NCBI GenBank assembly: GCA_041937175.2
Contig: CP166615.1
Span: 896,001 to 960,000, forward strand
Reading direction: 5' to 3'
Source: Limnothrix sp. BL-A-16
GTDB taxonomy: Bacteria; Cyanobacteriota; Cyanobacteriia; CACIAM-69d
Length of the DNA stretch: 64,000 nucleotides
Part shown: piece after piece, positions 20,791 through 31,900 of the stretch
How positions within the stretch are numbered: position 1 is the first letter of the stretch
How the letters are laid out: each line of letters opens with the position of its first letter
The notes under the pieces: generated by a model
What the model saw: the letters and a program-made list of their open reading frames with translations, nothing else
Databases searched by the model: none
Told to the model about the DNA's origin: nothing
Position numbers and translations under genes: made by a program

Positions 20791-21442
20791 TGCCAATTTG
20801 GCGCGATTTGTGGCGGGAGAATTGGAACTGGAGGGCTATGGGGTAACTGTGGCAACCACAGGCTTGGAGGGGCTGAACGCCGCCCGATCGAATCCGTCGC
20901 CGGATCTGTTGATTTTGGATTGGATGTTACCGGGGCTGTCGGGTTTGGATCTTTGTCTGCGGTTGCGAGAAACGGGATTGCAGGCCCCCATTATTCTGTT
21001 GACGGCCCGGGATGAAATTCTCGATCGGGTCACGGGCTTGAATGCGGGCGCGGATGATTATGTGGTGAAACCCTTCAGTATTGCGGAGCTGTTGGCGCGG
21101 GTGCGGGCCCACTTGCGGCGAGTTTCGCCCCACGAACCCGATCAAATCACCCTGGCAGATTTAACCCTGAATCCGCTGACCAGGGAGGTGCAACGCGGGG
21201 GCGATCGGGTGGACTTAACGGCCAAGGAGTTTGATTTACTGGAGTTTTTGTTGCGCCATCCTCGTCAGGTCATTTCGCGCGATCGACTGTTGGAATCCGT
21301 TTGGGGCAATAACTTTGGCGGCGAATCTAACATCGTGGAAGTTTATATCCGAGCCTTGCGGATCAAATTAGAAATGGCCCAGCGCCCTCGCCTGATCCAC
21401 ACCTTGCGGGGGGTCGGTTATGTTTTGCGCGAGTCGCCCTGA
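20732..21442 (+). CDS. OmpR-family response regulator (ManR-like)
   Basis: ILVVEDD, LILDWMLPG, KPF; winged helix ending TLRGVGY; overlaps the 3' end of the kinase. Confidence 0.92.
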   Translation: MVSPLKLNPPTARILVVEDDANLARFVAGELELEGYGVTVATTGLEGLNAARSNPSPDLLILDWMLPGLSGLDLCLRLRETGLQAPIILLTARDEILDRVTGLNAGADDYVVKPFSIAELLARVRAHLRRVSPHEPDQITLADLTLNPLTREVQRGGDRVDLTAKEFDLLEFLLRHPRQVISRDRLLESVWGNNFGGESNIVEVYIRALRIKLEMAQRPRLIHTLRGVGYVLRESP

Positions 21443-21459
21443 TTGAGCGATGGCTTGAT

Positions 21460-23439
21460 TTAGCGATCGGGAGCGGAGCCTGTCCAGGTTTGATCGCCAA
21501 CGATCACGCGGAGGATGCCCCCTTCCCAATCTTGGGTGATCAACGGTCGATCGGGGCGGGCTGGGTTGCGCGATCGATAGGCCGCAAACTGGCCCCAATC
21601 GAGCGTTTCCCCGTTGCGTTTCACAACCGGGCGATCGGGCCCCCGTTGGGTCACGGCCAGTTGATTGCCCTGGGAACCGGTGAAAGTAACTGTATTTTGG
21701 TTCACAACCCAGCGCGATCGCCCCAACACCGCCGCCCGAAACGCAGCAAAGTTGCGATCGGCTCCCGGTTCTCCAACCTCCATGGCCCAGCCCGTGAGGG
21801 TTCCGGCAGGGCGATCGGGGCGGGCCACCCACAGTTGATCCGTGGGATAGCGCTTTTGCAGTTGGGTGGTTTCGCTGTTGTTGACCTGGGGCAGCGTCAG
21901 CCCGATCGGGTAAATGGCAATCCAAGTTTCAGCCAACTGCCAAAACAAAACCGGCTGACCGGCGGCAGTTTGGGCCGTTTCGCTGGCGGCCGCTTGGGGC
22001 AAACTCCACTGAAACGGGGCCCGCCCATCATTCAGCCACACCAACAGGGGCCCAAACTGCCCGATCGCGTCGTGGGTGTCCGGTTGGTGGTGGGTAGAAA
22101 TTGTCTCGGGATTCACCCCGGAACCGGCCAGCAGGTAATCCACGCCCCGGCTGGGATTCGTGGCCAACAGTTTAAAACCGTTCACATCATTGATCGACCC
22201 TTGGGCCAGGCTGCCCAATTGGAAGGTGCGGCCAAAGTAGAGCGTTTCGTAATACAAGGGACGATCGCGCGCCCCCGGTTTCCAATGTTCATAGGTGGGT
22301 TTGCCCGCAAACACTTCCTGGGGGCGATCGAACCGTTTGCGCGCCAGGGCCACCGCCACGGCCGGCGGTCGGTAACCACTGGTGAGGGCATGAACACCAT
22401 CGGGGTCGGGATCCGGATCCGGGGCGATCGCCTCCCCAAAATATAAATTCAGCAGTTTGCTCGCCAAAGCCGTCAAGGGCGCATTTCCCTTGCTAGCGTC
22501 GCGTTTGCTGGGGCCCCCAAAGCCGCCGCGCCAATATTTCAGCGCTCCGGTGATGCTTAACCAATCCAGGGCGGCCTTGGCGGTGGCCCGCATTTCCGGT
22601 TCCGGCGCAAAGTCGTAGAGATTCAGCCAGGCGGTGAATGTGTGGCCCCAGTAGGTTTCCGAGTCCCATTCCCCCTGACCAATTTTGTAAAGATTGCGGG
22701 CGAAACTTTGCAGGCGATCGCGGTAAATAGCGGCGGTTTCTCGGTTGCCGGCTTCCATGGCAAACAGATAAACGGCCGTTTCTCGCATCGATCGCAAATT
22801 ATCGGTGTTGCGGCAATCCACCCAGGTGATGCAGTTATCGCGCGATCGATTCCAAAAGGGCTGCGGGGTGCTGAAAAACTGCTTCAGGGGATCCAACTTT
22901 GTCCAGAGGGCGGCTCCCTGCTTCATCCGATCGCGATAGGCCGGATCGAGGAATTGCCCAAAATAGAAATATTTGCGCACCTGCCCTTTCAGGGTAAAGG
23001 CGGGATAGAAATCAATGCCAAGGGTATGTTCGGTGCTGCTGGGGATCGGGTCGGGCTTTTGCAGGAAGGCGATCGCCCGATCGCGGTTGCCCGCCAAAAA
23101 GTCCAGCATTGCTTTGGGATAGGACTTTTTTTCGTTTTCAAAATAGCCATTGCCATAGGTTTTGGGGTTAGCAAATTGGGCAATCAGGGCCCGTCCTCGG
23201 GCTTGGTAGGCCGCTTCCCACTCGGCGGGCCAAGGGTTGGCTCCGTCGGGCGGAACGATCGGGATATTGGCGGCGATCGGGCTGGGGGTGGGCGATTGCT
23301 GTTCGGGTGAGGATTGGGGCGATCGCTCCATGGGTGAGGATTGGGGCGATCGGGGGGCCTCCGCTTGAACCGCACAACCCGCCACCATTACCCAGCCGAT
23401 CGTGGCCACCCATCCGTAGGCGCTAGTTTTTTGACTCAC
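21460..23439 (-). CDS. Large hypothetical lipoprotein
   Basis: 659-aa ORF with lipobox VAGC, an S/P/Q linker and a globular aromatic-rich body; GTG start. Confidence 0.75.
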   Translation of the reverse strand: MSQKTSAYGWVATIGWVMVAGCAVQAEAPRSPQSSPMERSPQSSPEQQSPTPSPIAANIPIVPPDGANPWPAEWEAAYQARGRALIAQFANPKTYGNGYFENEKKSYPKAMLDFLAGNRDRAIAFLQKPDPIPSSTEHTLGIDFYPAFTLKGQVRKYFYFGQFLDPAYRDRMKQGAALWTKLDPLKQFFSTPQPFWNRSRDNCITWVDCRNTDNLRSMRETAVYLFAMEAGNRETAAIYRDRLQSFARNLYKIGQGEWDSETYWGHTFTAWLNLYDFAPEPEMRATAKAALDWLSITGALKYWRGGFGGPSKRDASKGNAPLTALASKLLNLYFGEAIAPDPDPDPDGVHALTSGYRPPAVAVALARKRFDRPQEVFAGKPTYEHWKPGARDRPLYYETLYFGRTFQLGSLAQGSINDVNGFKLLATNPSRGVDYLLAGSGVNPETISTHHQPDTHDAIGQFGPLLVWLNDGRAPFQWSLPQAAASETAQTAAGQPVLFWQLAETWIAIYPIGLTLPQVNNSETTQLQKRYPTDQLWVARPDRPAGTLTGWAMEVGEPGADRNFAAFRAAVLGRSRWVVNQNTVTFTGSQGNQLAVTQRGPDRPVVKRNGETLDWGQFAAYRSRNPARPDRPLITQDWEGGILRVIVGDQTWTGSAPDR

Positions 23440-23504
23440 GGTTCAATCCCCTCGCCCCTCAGTCGGTAAGCTGAAAAGTCCTGTCTCTTCCTGGCACCCA
23501 ACCC

Positions 23505-25418
23505 ATGAGCGATCGCCCTTCCGTTGCCATCCTAGCGCCCACGCCTCGTGGTCTGCGGTTGGCCCAACAAATCCAAGCGGGACTGCCTGGCTCCGTGATT
23601 TGGACGAAGGATTCGGCCCAGGGCCGTGCGGCGGCGGGTTCCCGGGATGCCCTTCGCACCTATGAAGACTTTCGGGCCCTGGTGGCCGATCGCTGGATGG
23701 TGGGGCAACCGCTGATTTTTGTGTTGGCGGTGGAGGCCACGGTGCGGGCGATCGCCCCCCATTTACAAGACAAACGCACGGAACCGGCCGTGGTGGCCGT
23801 TGATGAAACGGGGCAGTATGTGATCAGCCTTTGCGGCGGGCATTTGGGCGGGGCTGATGCCTTGACCCGACAGGTGGCGGGGCTGTTGACGGTGGAGCCG
23901 GTGATCACCAGTGCCGCCGAAGGGCAGCAGCTCCCGGCGATCGATCTGTTGGGCGATCGCTACGGTTGGCGACGGGGCCAAGGGGATTGGCTGGGGGTAG
24001 CCAGCGCGATCGCCCGGTTCGAGACCGTGGGCGTGGTGCAAACTTGCGGCTGGAATCTGTGGATTGAGGAGTTGCCGGAGTTTCACCCCTTTGTGCTTTT
24101 GTCGGAAGCGGACTTGGCAGAGGTGGACGAGTTGCCTTCCAATCTGCGGGCGATCGTTTGGATTAGCGATCGCCCCTTGCCGTCCTTGCCCTTGCCCGCA
24201 GTGGCCTGGCATCCGCGCACCCTTTGGGTTGGCATTGGTTGCGAGCGCCACACCCCCGAAGGTCAGATCGCGGCGGCCTTGGCCCAAGTGTTGGAGCAAG
24301 CGGATTTGGCTCCGGAGGCACTTGCTGGGATTGGTTCGATCGACCTGAAACGGGATGAAGTGGGGTTGCTGGCCTTAGTCGATCGGCTCGATCTGGCCGC
24401 CCGTTGGTTCACTGCCGCCGCCCTGGCCCCGATCGCCGTGCCCAACCCTTCGGAGGTGGTGCGCGCAGAAGTGGGCACACCCTCAGTGGCGGAAGCATCA
24501 GCCCGGTTGGCGGCCGACGGAGCCGAGCTAATTCGGGAAAGACAGGGGTTTCGGGCCCCCAACGGTGGTTCCGGCGCTTGCACGATCGCCCTGGCTCGGG
24601 CCGATCGGGAATATACCCCCCACCTGGGCAAGCTGTGGCTGATTGGTACGGGCCCCGGCTCCTTGGATCAGCTCACCCCCGCCGCCCGCGCTGCCCTCAG
24701 CCAATGCGACATCATCATCGGCCATCAACTTTGCCTAGATCTGCTGCGCCCCCTGTTGCATCCGGGGCAAATCATTGAAGGCAGTCCCATCACCCACGAA
24801 AAGCAGCGTGCGGAACGGGCGATCGACCTGGCGGAGCGGGGGCTAAGGGTGGCGGTGGTTTCTTCCGGTGACTGTGGAATTGATGCCATGGCCGGGTTGG
24901 TGCTGGAATGTTTGGCCGCCCGCAACTGGGACGGCCAAACCCCGCAGGTGGAAGTGTTGCCCGGAATCACCGCCTTGCAAGCGGCCGCCGCCCGCGTGGG
25001 TGCGCCCCTAATGCATGATTTTTGCGCCATTTCCCTGTCGGACTTGCTCACGCCCTGGCCCGTCATTGTGCAACGGTTGCAGGCGGCGGCGGCCGGAGAC
25101 TTTGTGGTGGCGTTATATAACCCCCGATCGCAAACGCGCCAAACCCAAATTGAAACGGCCTTCGAGATTTTGCGGGCCCAGCGATCGCCCGAAACCCCTG
25201 TAGTTCTGGCTCGATCGCTCCACCGTCCCGATGAACAGATCACCATCGCCACCCTAGCCACGGTCGATTTGCAGGCGATCGATATGCTCACCGTCGTTTT
25301 AATTGGCAACGCCAGCACCTTCACCCACAGCGGCAAGGTGATCACCCCCCGAGGCTATGCCGTGGCTCATGCATTCCTGTCTGCCACAACATCTACTCCC
25401 GATTCATTAGGAGATTAA
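23505..25418 (+). CDS. cobJ: CbiG-CobJ fusion (precorrin-3B C17-methyltransferase)
   Basis: CbiG motifs VISLCGGHLGGAD, LWVGIGCER, VGTPSVAEA; methyltransferase motifs IGTGPG, SSGD, PGITA, HDFCAISLSDLLTPW, YNPRS, TPRGY. Confidence 0.93.
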   Translation: MSDRPSVAILAPTPRGLRLAQQIQAGLPGSVIWTKDSAQGRAAAGSRDALRTYEDFRALVADRWMVGQPLIFVLAVEATVRAIAPHLQDKRTEPAVVAVDETGQYVISLCGGHLGGADALTRQVAGLLTVEPVITSAAEGQQLPAIDLLGDRYGWRRGQGDWLGVASAIARFETVGVVQTCGWNLWIEELPEFHPFVLLSEADLAEVDELPSNLRAIVWISDRPLPSLPLPAVAWHPRTLWVGIGCERHTPEGQIAAALAQVLEQADLAPEALAGIGSIDLKRDEVGLLALVDRLDLAARWFTAAALAPIAVPNPSEVVRAEVGTPSVAEASARLAADGAELIRERQGFRAPNGGSGACTIALARADREYTPHLGKLWLIGTGPGSLDQLTPAARAALSQCDIIIGHQLCLDLLRPLLHPGQIIEGSPITHEKQRAERAIDLAERGLRVAVVSSGDCGIDAMAGLVLECLAARNWDGQTPQVEVLPGITALQAAAARVGAPLMHDFCAISLSDLLTPWPVIVQRLQAAAAGDFVVALYNPRSQTRQTQIETAFEILRAQRSPETPVVLARSLHRPDEQITIATLATVDLQAIDMLTVVLIGNASTFTHSGKVITPRGYAVAHAFLSATTSTPDSLGD

Positions 25419-26819
25419 TTGGAAAATCACTCAAAACAACCCAAAATGACTTGAAATTAGCACTTTTCTTCATCATTGCTCCACAATCATCCCGTTTTTC
25501 TACCAATCTTTGAAGCTTGGGTGAAGCGGCAAAATTCAAAAGGAATCCCGGGAATGATCGCGAAATGGCAATTGGCTCATTTTTGCGGAATTTTGAGCAT
25601 ATCGACCAGATTTTGTTGGTCAATCTACCCCAGTCGCGATCAAAGTGTAAAAATTGATGCTTTGGCAACCCTCTAAAAAAACAGGTTTCGTCATTTTTTT
25701 AGACCTTGACAGCATTGGTGAAGATTGAAATCGACAATGATTGCGATCTCATGGGGTAAATTTTTATGCACTATATCCTGATTTAGCGCAGCAAGTTGTG
25801 TAGTATCTTGACTTGCTGACAGGCTTAAATGCGAAAGAAATCAGGAGAATCAATATTTATTGAGATTTTTTTAAACCATTCAGTCATATTTGGGCCATTA
25901 ATTTCTTGACAATCATTCTCTGAGTTTGTCAAGCAATTACTTGATTGTGAGTGATTTTCGTAAATGTGAAAAAAATCTCAAAGCCCTGAAGAGCAGGCTT
26001 TGTAAGCATCTAAGAAAACCGTAAATTAAAATTACTACTCATTCATAATGTTAGTTTGCAAGGTCTAGACTGTTCTAAGAAACGGCTTTGACCAATAAAA
26101 GGCCTTGGGGAGCAGCCCTCAAGCCAACACGATCATCAAGAAAAGTTAATGACTGCTCGAAATCAACTAAATTATTATTTAATAATTGAATATGTCCTGA
26201 TGATCTCTGGGTTAACTCTCGCCATTTCTTCAGTAGATTTCCCGATTGCCACTAGATGACTGTTTGTAGACCATGACAACGTTTGAGTGCGCTCAGCCGG
26301 TTCTTAAATCAGTTCAGTAGGAGGTAAGCTTGGAGTATCAATTAAGACATAACATTGGCACTGGCTTTGGGTTCATCGCTATTTATTAGCGAAATCAAGC
26401 AATCCTGCGAGCAAAATTGACCACCACTCAGTGCTCTACAGCCCAGGCGGGATCGATATTTGCAGCGGAAAAATTTTTCTGAAAATTGACTCAAGACTTA
26501 GATCAAAACTACTGTGCCGATTTTGCAAAGTTGTCGCTTAGCGGCAGGTCTTTGGATAAAGCTGGTGCATTGGTTGCTGTTGGGTCGAAGGTTAGTTTCA
26601 TAACTGTCATTCAGGCTCACAAGGGGTCATTAAAGACGATCGGGTTGCAGTTGGGGGTGGGAGTCCAGGGCCAAAGACTTGGCCAGCGATCGATGAATGG
26701 TTTGAGGGATTGATGATTGGTGAATGATGCTCGAGTGATCATTTGGGGACGACGGGAGCGTCGTGATCAATTAGCCATGGGTCAAATGGGTCAATGGGTT
26801 GGATTGGGAGTGTCCATCA

Positions 26820-28310
26820 ATGACTGAAGCAGCAACGGGATGGACAAAGGTGTCGCGGACGCTGGCGACGGTGGTGCAGCGACGGGCTTCGGGCGTGTTG
26901 GTGCTGGAGCGGGGGCCGAGTCGCTGGCGCTTGATTTTTTTGCAGGGTCGCTTGCTATGGGCGATCGATGAGCAGTTTCGGATTCGCCGTTGGCAGCGGG
27001 CCCTGAAGCGATCGGGGATGAATCTAAAGCCGGTTGCGCTGACGGAAACGGCGCGGCCCCTGTGGGAGGTGTGGTGGTTGGCAACGGCGCTGTTGGCGGG
27101 CCAAGTCACCCCAGCGCAGTTGCGATCGGGGTTGGAGTCGGTGGCCCAGGAGGTGCTGTTTGCGGCGGCGAGTGATCCCACGGTGGTGTCTCACTGGGAT
27201 AAATATGTGCCCGCTTTGCCGGACACAAGGGCGGTGGCGCAACAGTTGCTTGGCAGTGAGGCCCTGTTGGCGGTGATGCAGTCGGTGGTGAAGTTGCTGC
27301 AACGGTGGGAGTCGGTGGGATTGTCGCCGGAGCAGGCCGATCACGCGCCCCAGTTGTCCCAGTTGGATTGGTCTCCGTCAGCAACAACTCAAAATGACCG
27401 ATCGACGTTTTTAACGTTGGCTCCGTTGCTGAATGGTCAACGATCGACCTGGGATGTCTCGCTGGTGATGAAACAGCCCATGTCGATCGTCGTGCATCTG
27501 CTGCATCACTTGGTGGAGCGTGGGGGCTTGGATTTTCTGCCCTTGGACGATCGCCCGGCGGACACGGTGCTGAATTTGCTCTTTACGCCGCAAGCAGCGC
27601 CAGTTAAGCCCCCACAGTCCGCAGCGCCCCAGGACAGAGCCGCCACCGCTCCAGGGCGATCGGGCGGGCCGGCGGCGAACCCGACCCCAGCACCCCAACC
27701 CACTTCAGCAACCCAAGCTCCCAATTCTGAGCAACCCTTGGTGATGTTGATTGATGACGATCCGATGGTGGGCAAGCTGCTGCGCCCCGTGGTGCATCGT
27801 TTGGGTTGTCGGTTTGTGCATATTACGGAGCCGACAAGGGCTTTGGCGGCGGCGATCGAGCAGCGGCCAGATATGGTGTTGCTGGATTTGGTGATGCCGA
27901 TCGTGAATGGCTATGAGCTTTGTACCCAGTTACGACGGGTGAACCTGTTAGCGAATGTGCCGATCGCGATTGTCACCAGCAATCGCGGGGCGATCGACCG
28001 GGTGCGGGCCAAGCTGGTTGGGGCTTCGGCCTTTGTACCCAAGCCCTTACGCCTAGAAAAGGTGGCCGCGCTGCTTCAGCAATACTTGCCCGATCGATTG
28101 CAACCGCCACCCCAGGACAATCCCCAACGACCACAACCCTCGCCAACAACCGCAGCCACCCTCCCCAAGTCACCGCGCAATGGTGGTGGCTGGCATCCGG
28201 CCCCTGCCGCTGGCATTCAACCCAACAACGCCGGCCCCCTAAATCGGTATCTAATCGGTGAAGAAATGCTCAACAATCGCTATGAATTCGGAGTTTTGGC
28301 GAAACAATAG
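26820..28310 (+). CDS. PatA-family response regulator (PATAN + REC), PixG/PtxA-like
   Basis: N-terminal PATAN-like region (GVLVL...WRLIFLQGRLLWA); REC LIDDD...LLDLVMP...DRVRAKLVGASAFVPKP; heads the chemosensory cluster. Confidence 0.88.
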   Translation: MTEAATGWTKVSRTLATVVQRRASGVLVLERGPSRWRLIFLQGRLLWAIDEQFRIRRWQRALKRSGMNLKPVALTETARPLWEVWWLATALLAGQVTPAQLRSGLESVAQEVLFAAASDPTVVSHWDKYVPALPDTRAVAQQLLGSEALLAVMQSVVKLLQRWESVGLSPEQADHAPQLSQLDWSPSATTQNDRSTFLTLAPLLNGQRSTWDVSLVMKQPMSIVVHLLHHLVERGGLDFLPLDDRPADTVLNLLFTPQAAPVKPPQSAAPQDRAATAPGRSGGPAANPTPAPQPTSATQAPNSEQPLVMLIDDDPMVGKLLRPVVHRLGCRFVHITEPTRALAAAIEQRPDMVLLDLVMPIVNGYELCTQLRRVNLLANVPIAIVTSNRGAIDRVRAKLVGASAFVPKPLRLEKVAALLQQYLPDRLQPPPQDNPQRPQPSPTTAATLPKSPRNGGGWHPAPAAGIQPNNAGPLNRYLIGEEMLNNRYEFGVLAKQ

Positions 28311-28915
28311 AGAAAGGATTGTATGGGGTTGCCACCTACGCCCGATCGGGATGTGGGAATTGGATGTGGGGACTGTGTGAGGCTTCGGGTTTAAGTTCAT
28401 CCGTTGAAACAGACGAATGAAACAGATGGATCAGTAAGCCATGAGAAATCAAGCCGATTGAGTCTCGTTTGCACTGAATTGGGATTGAGGTTCAACTTGA
28501 GGTTCATCAACAAAAAACCACAATTCTTGCAGGAAATTGACAATTTGCAAGCTGCGAGATCGATATCAAACAGGGGCGATCGGGGCAAGTTAAAACTACT
28601 GATCCAACCGATGTCCTAACCAATGACCCAAGCGATGATCAAGCCAATCCCAGCTACCAATCCCAGCTAATTGAATTGATCAACCAGTGATTAGGCATCA
28701 GTCCGGCAATGATCAGGGTGTGCTATTGGGGTTGCCATTGGGCCCGTGAGGCCTGGAATTGAGAGAAATAATTGGGTTCGGGACACTGAACCATTGACTG
28801 TCCATGGGCCCGGCCGGGGCCTGCACCATGGCCAGGTTCCGGCTGAAGCGTCAGCCGAGGCGGGCCAGGACGGCCAATTAAAAATTGGGTTTTTGGATGT
28901 GGGAGAACGTGGGCG

Positions 28916-31900
28916 ATGGACGCACAGCAGCAAACCGCATTGATTCAGCAGGCTTTGGATGCCAACCCCCAGGCGATCGCCCTGCTCATTCGCGATCGAC
29001 TGGAACCAACCATTACCGTGAAGGCGGCCCTGAAGGAGGGATGTTTATATCTGCTGCTAGCCGGTGAGCAAGCCCCTTCGGCCCGCTTGGCCTTGGAAAC
29101 CGTTGAACCGGCGATTGAGGATTTGGCCGTGGCCGGGTTGAATCGGGCCGTGATCCAATCGGTGAAGGTGGGTGGCCAAGCGCTGGATGAGCGATCGCCC
29201 AAATGGTGCTATCACATCGACTTGCCGCCCTTGCCCTATGGCCAAAATGACGATCAGGCAACAGACCCGATCGTCAACTTCTTGGAGTCCCAGGCGCAAA
29301 GCATGGCCAATGGCGTGGCGGCCTTGATCAGCGATCCGCCCTTGGCTGTCCTGTCGGACGTTGCTGGGCCGGAGTCCCAGAATGGTCATGGGGTTGCGGT
29401 GGCTTCACCTGAACCCGCGATCGATCCTGAACCCGCGATCGAGGTGGGAGAGGATTTGGACTTGGTGACTGATTCTGATGCAGCGTTGTCTGATTCAGCG
29501 CTGTCTGATTCAGGGGGCGAGGTGGCGGCTGATGCGATCGAAATTCCGATCGAAATTCCAACCGATCTTTTAGCCGAAGACGCAACCAGCAGCTCAACCG
29601 AAGAGGCAACTGAGGATTTCCCCAAAGACGCAACCAGCAGCTCAACCGAAAACACAACCGGAGATGTGACCGAGGACTGCAATCAGTCAGCGGCCACGGA
29701 TCTTGACCGACCGGATCTAGACCCGATCGCCCCAGAGTCGATCGCCCCGGAAGTCATCACGCCGGAAGAAATACCAACTCCACCATTGCCCGCCCCCACG
29801 GAAGCGACCCAACTGCAAGCCACCTTGGCCGCCCTGACGGGTTTGGCCAGCACCCTGGAAAAGGCGGCAGCCTCTCTGATCACGGCTGTGGGGTCGATCG
29901 CCCCGTCGCCGTTGGCGGCTCCCGAGTTGAGTGCTGCGGAGTCGATCGCGCCGGCCGTTGAATCGGTGGAAATAGCTGAATCAACACCTGAGCCAGAACC
30001 CGTACCAGAACTCGCATCAGAAACAGAGGAACCCGATGCCCCGATCGCGGTGGATGGGCAGGACTTAGGGGCGATCGATGTCCTGGACTCGTTGCCCCCA
30101 GAGGAACCCAGCGAACTAGAGCCAGATACCCTCAGTCTGGATCCCGATGCCTTGGCCCTCACCGAAGCAGAGTTAGCCGACTGGGCCGCGATCGAGGAAG
30201 AAGGCATGGCGGAACCCAATCCCGAGGCCCTGGCTCCGGAACCGGAACCGGCGATCGACTCCTTACCCGAGCTGGAAACCTTGGTGGAACCAGCGATCGA
30301 CTCAGCAACCCTGATTGATGAGTTAACCAGCGATGCCGCGATTGATGAAATGATCGACGAAACGATCGAAGAGGTCATGGATGAGGCGGCGGAACTGGTC
30401 GATGAGCTGGCGGCTGATTCCGAGCTGGTGGATGCCTTAGAAGACACGGAAAATTTGCTGGAATCCCCTGGCACGTTGGGAGATGACGGGGCGAGCCTGG
30501 ACTCCGATCGAGAAGCAGCGATCGACCCGATCGACCTCGCAGAGCCGGCCACCGAGCCAACGGAAATTTCCCCAACGCCAGAATCAGAGCCGATCGGGAC
30601 AGTTTTGGCCGCGATCGCCCCAGACAGCGGCAAAACCATCGCTGAAAAAGTGACCGACGCAATCAGCAGTCTGGTGCAGTTGGTGGAACATCATCCCAAC
30701 GCGGACGTGAACACGGCGTTGGCGGCGATCGCTCGGCTGAGCGCTTTGGCCAGTCCGCCTTTGGTAGCTGCTCCGGAGCCAATCGCCTTAAGCCAATCGC
30801 CTGAACTCTCCTCAGAACCCTTAGAGCCAGCCGCGATCGACTCAGCGAATCTGGAATTACCCAATCCAGAATTACTTGATCCGGCACTCGTTGATCCAGA
30901 AACTCAGGAACCAACTGATCTAGAACCAATTGATCTAGAACCGATCGATTCAGAACTAACTGATCAAGAACTAACCGATCAAGACCTCAGCGATCTGCAA
31001 TTGGACTTGACTGAATCGGATGAATTGAATGATTCAACTGATTTAACTGATGCGCAGGATTCTGATCAGTTGATCGCTCTAGACCAGCTACCGGAACTGC
31101 CAGAGATTGCAGAACTCGCTCAGGAAGAAACTGACCCGATCGGGGAACTGGATGATGAATTAACCAGTGATGAACTTGGCGATGAATTCGATGAATTCAG
31201 TGATCAGTTGGCTAGTGAACTGGGTGATGAATTAACCAGTGATGAACTGGATAATGAATTAACAGGTGATGAACTGGATGATGAATTGAGCCTGGTTGAT
31301 GAAGATCTAGCCGGTGAAGATCTAACCGAACCACTAGCCAGTGCAGACCCAGAAATCGCGCAGCCTGGCACAGCCGAAACGGAACTGATTGTAGAACCCA
31401 CAACCATCAGCCCTCGGGAAGCCCTCAGCACCATTGCGCAACTGACCCAACTGGCAGAACATCGCAGCGATCTGGATCTGAACGCCGCGATCGCCACGAT
31501 CGCCCGTTTGGCTGGCTTTGCTCCCGAGCCGATCGCCCCGCCGCCAGAACCACCTCCCGCAACGGCGGCCCCCACTGAAGCGACAGACTCAGAATCGGCA
31601 GTCGTTTCTGAATCGGCCGCAATTGTTGACGAATTGGAAGAGAGTGCTGAATTAGCTGAATCAGAAGATCCTGAATCAGAAGCACTGGATTTGGAACCAG
31701 AAGGGGCGATCGATTCCTCGGAGGATCTATCAGACCTATCCGATGATTTATCCGATTTGTCAGACTTGGCTGATCTATCGGATTTGGCCGATTTAGATTC
31801 AACGACTGTTGAGATAACTGACCCGATCGAGCCAGCTCCTCCCGAGGTGATGGCCGAGGATTTAGCCGATGAATTAGCTGAAGATGATCTAGCTGAATTA

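Noticed and set aside
26021..26035. GTA...TAC dyad in the AT-rich spacer as an NtcA site
   Set aside because: The spacing is N9, not N8.
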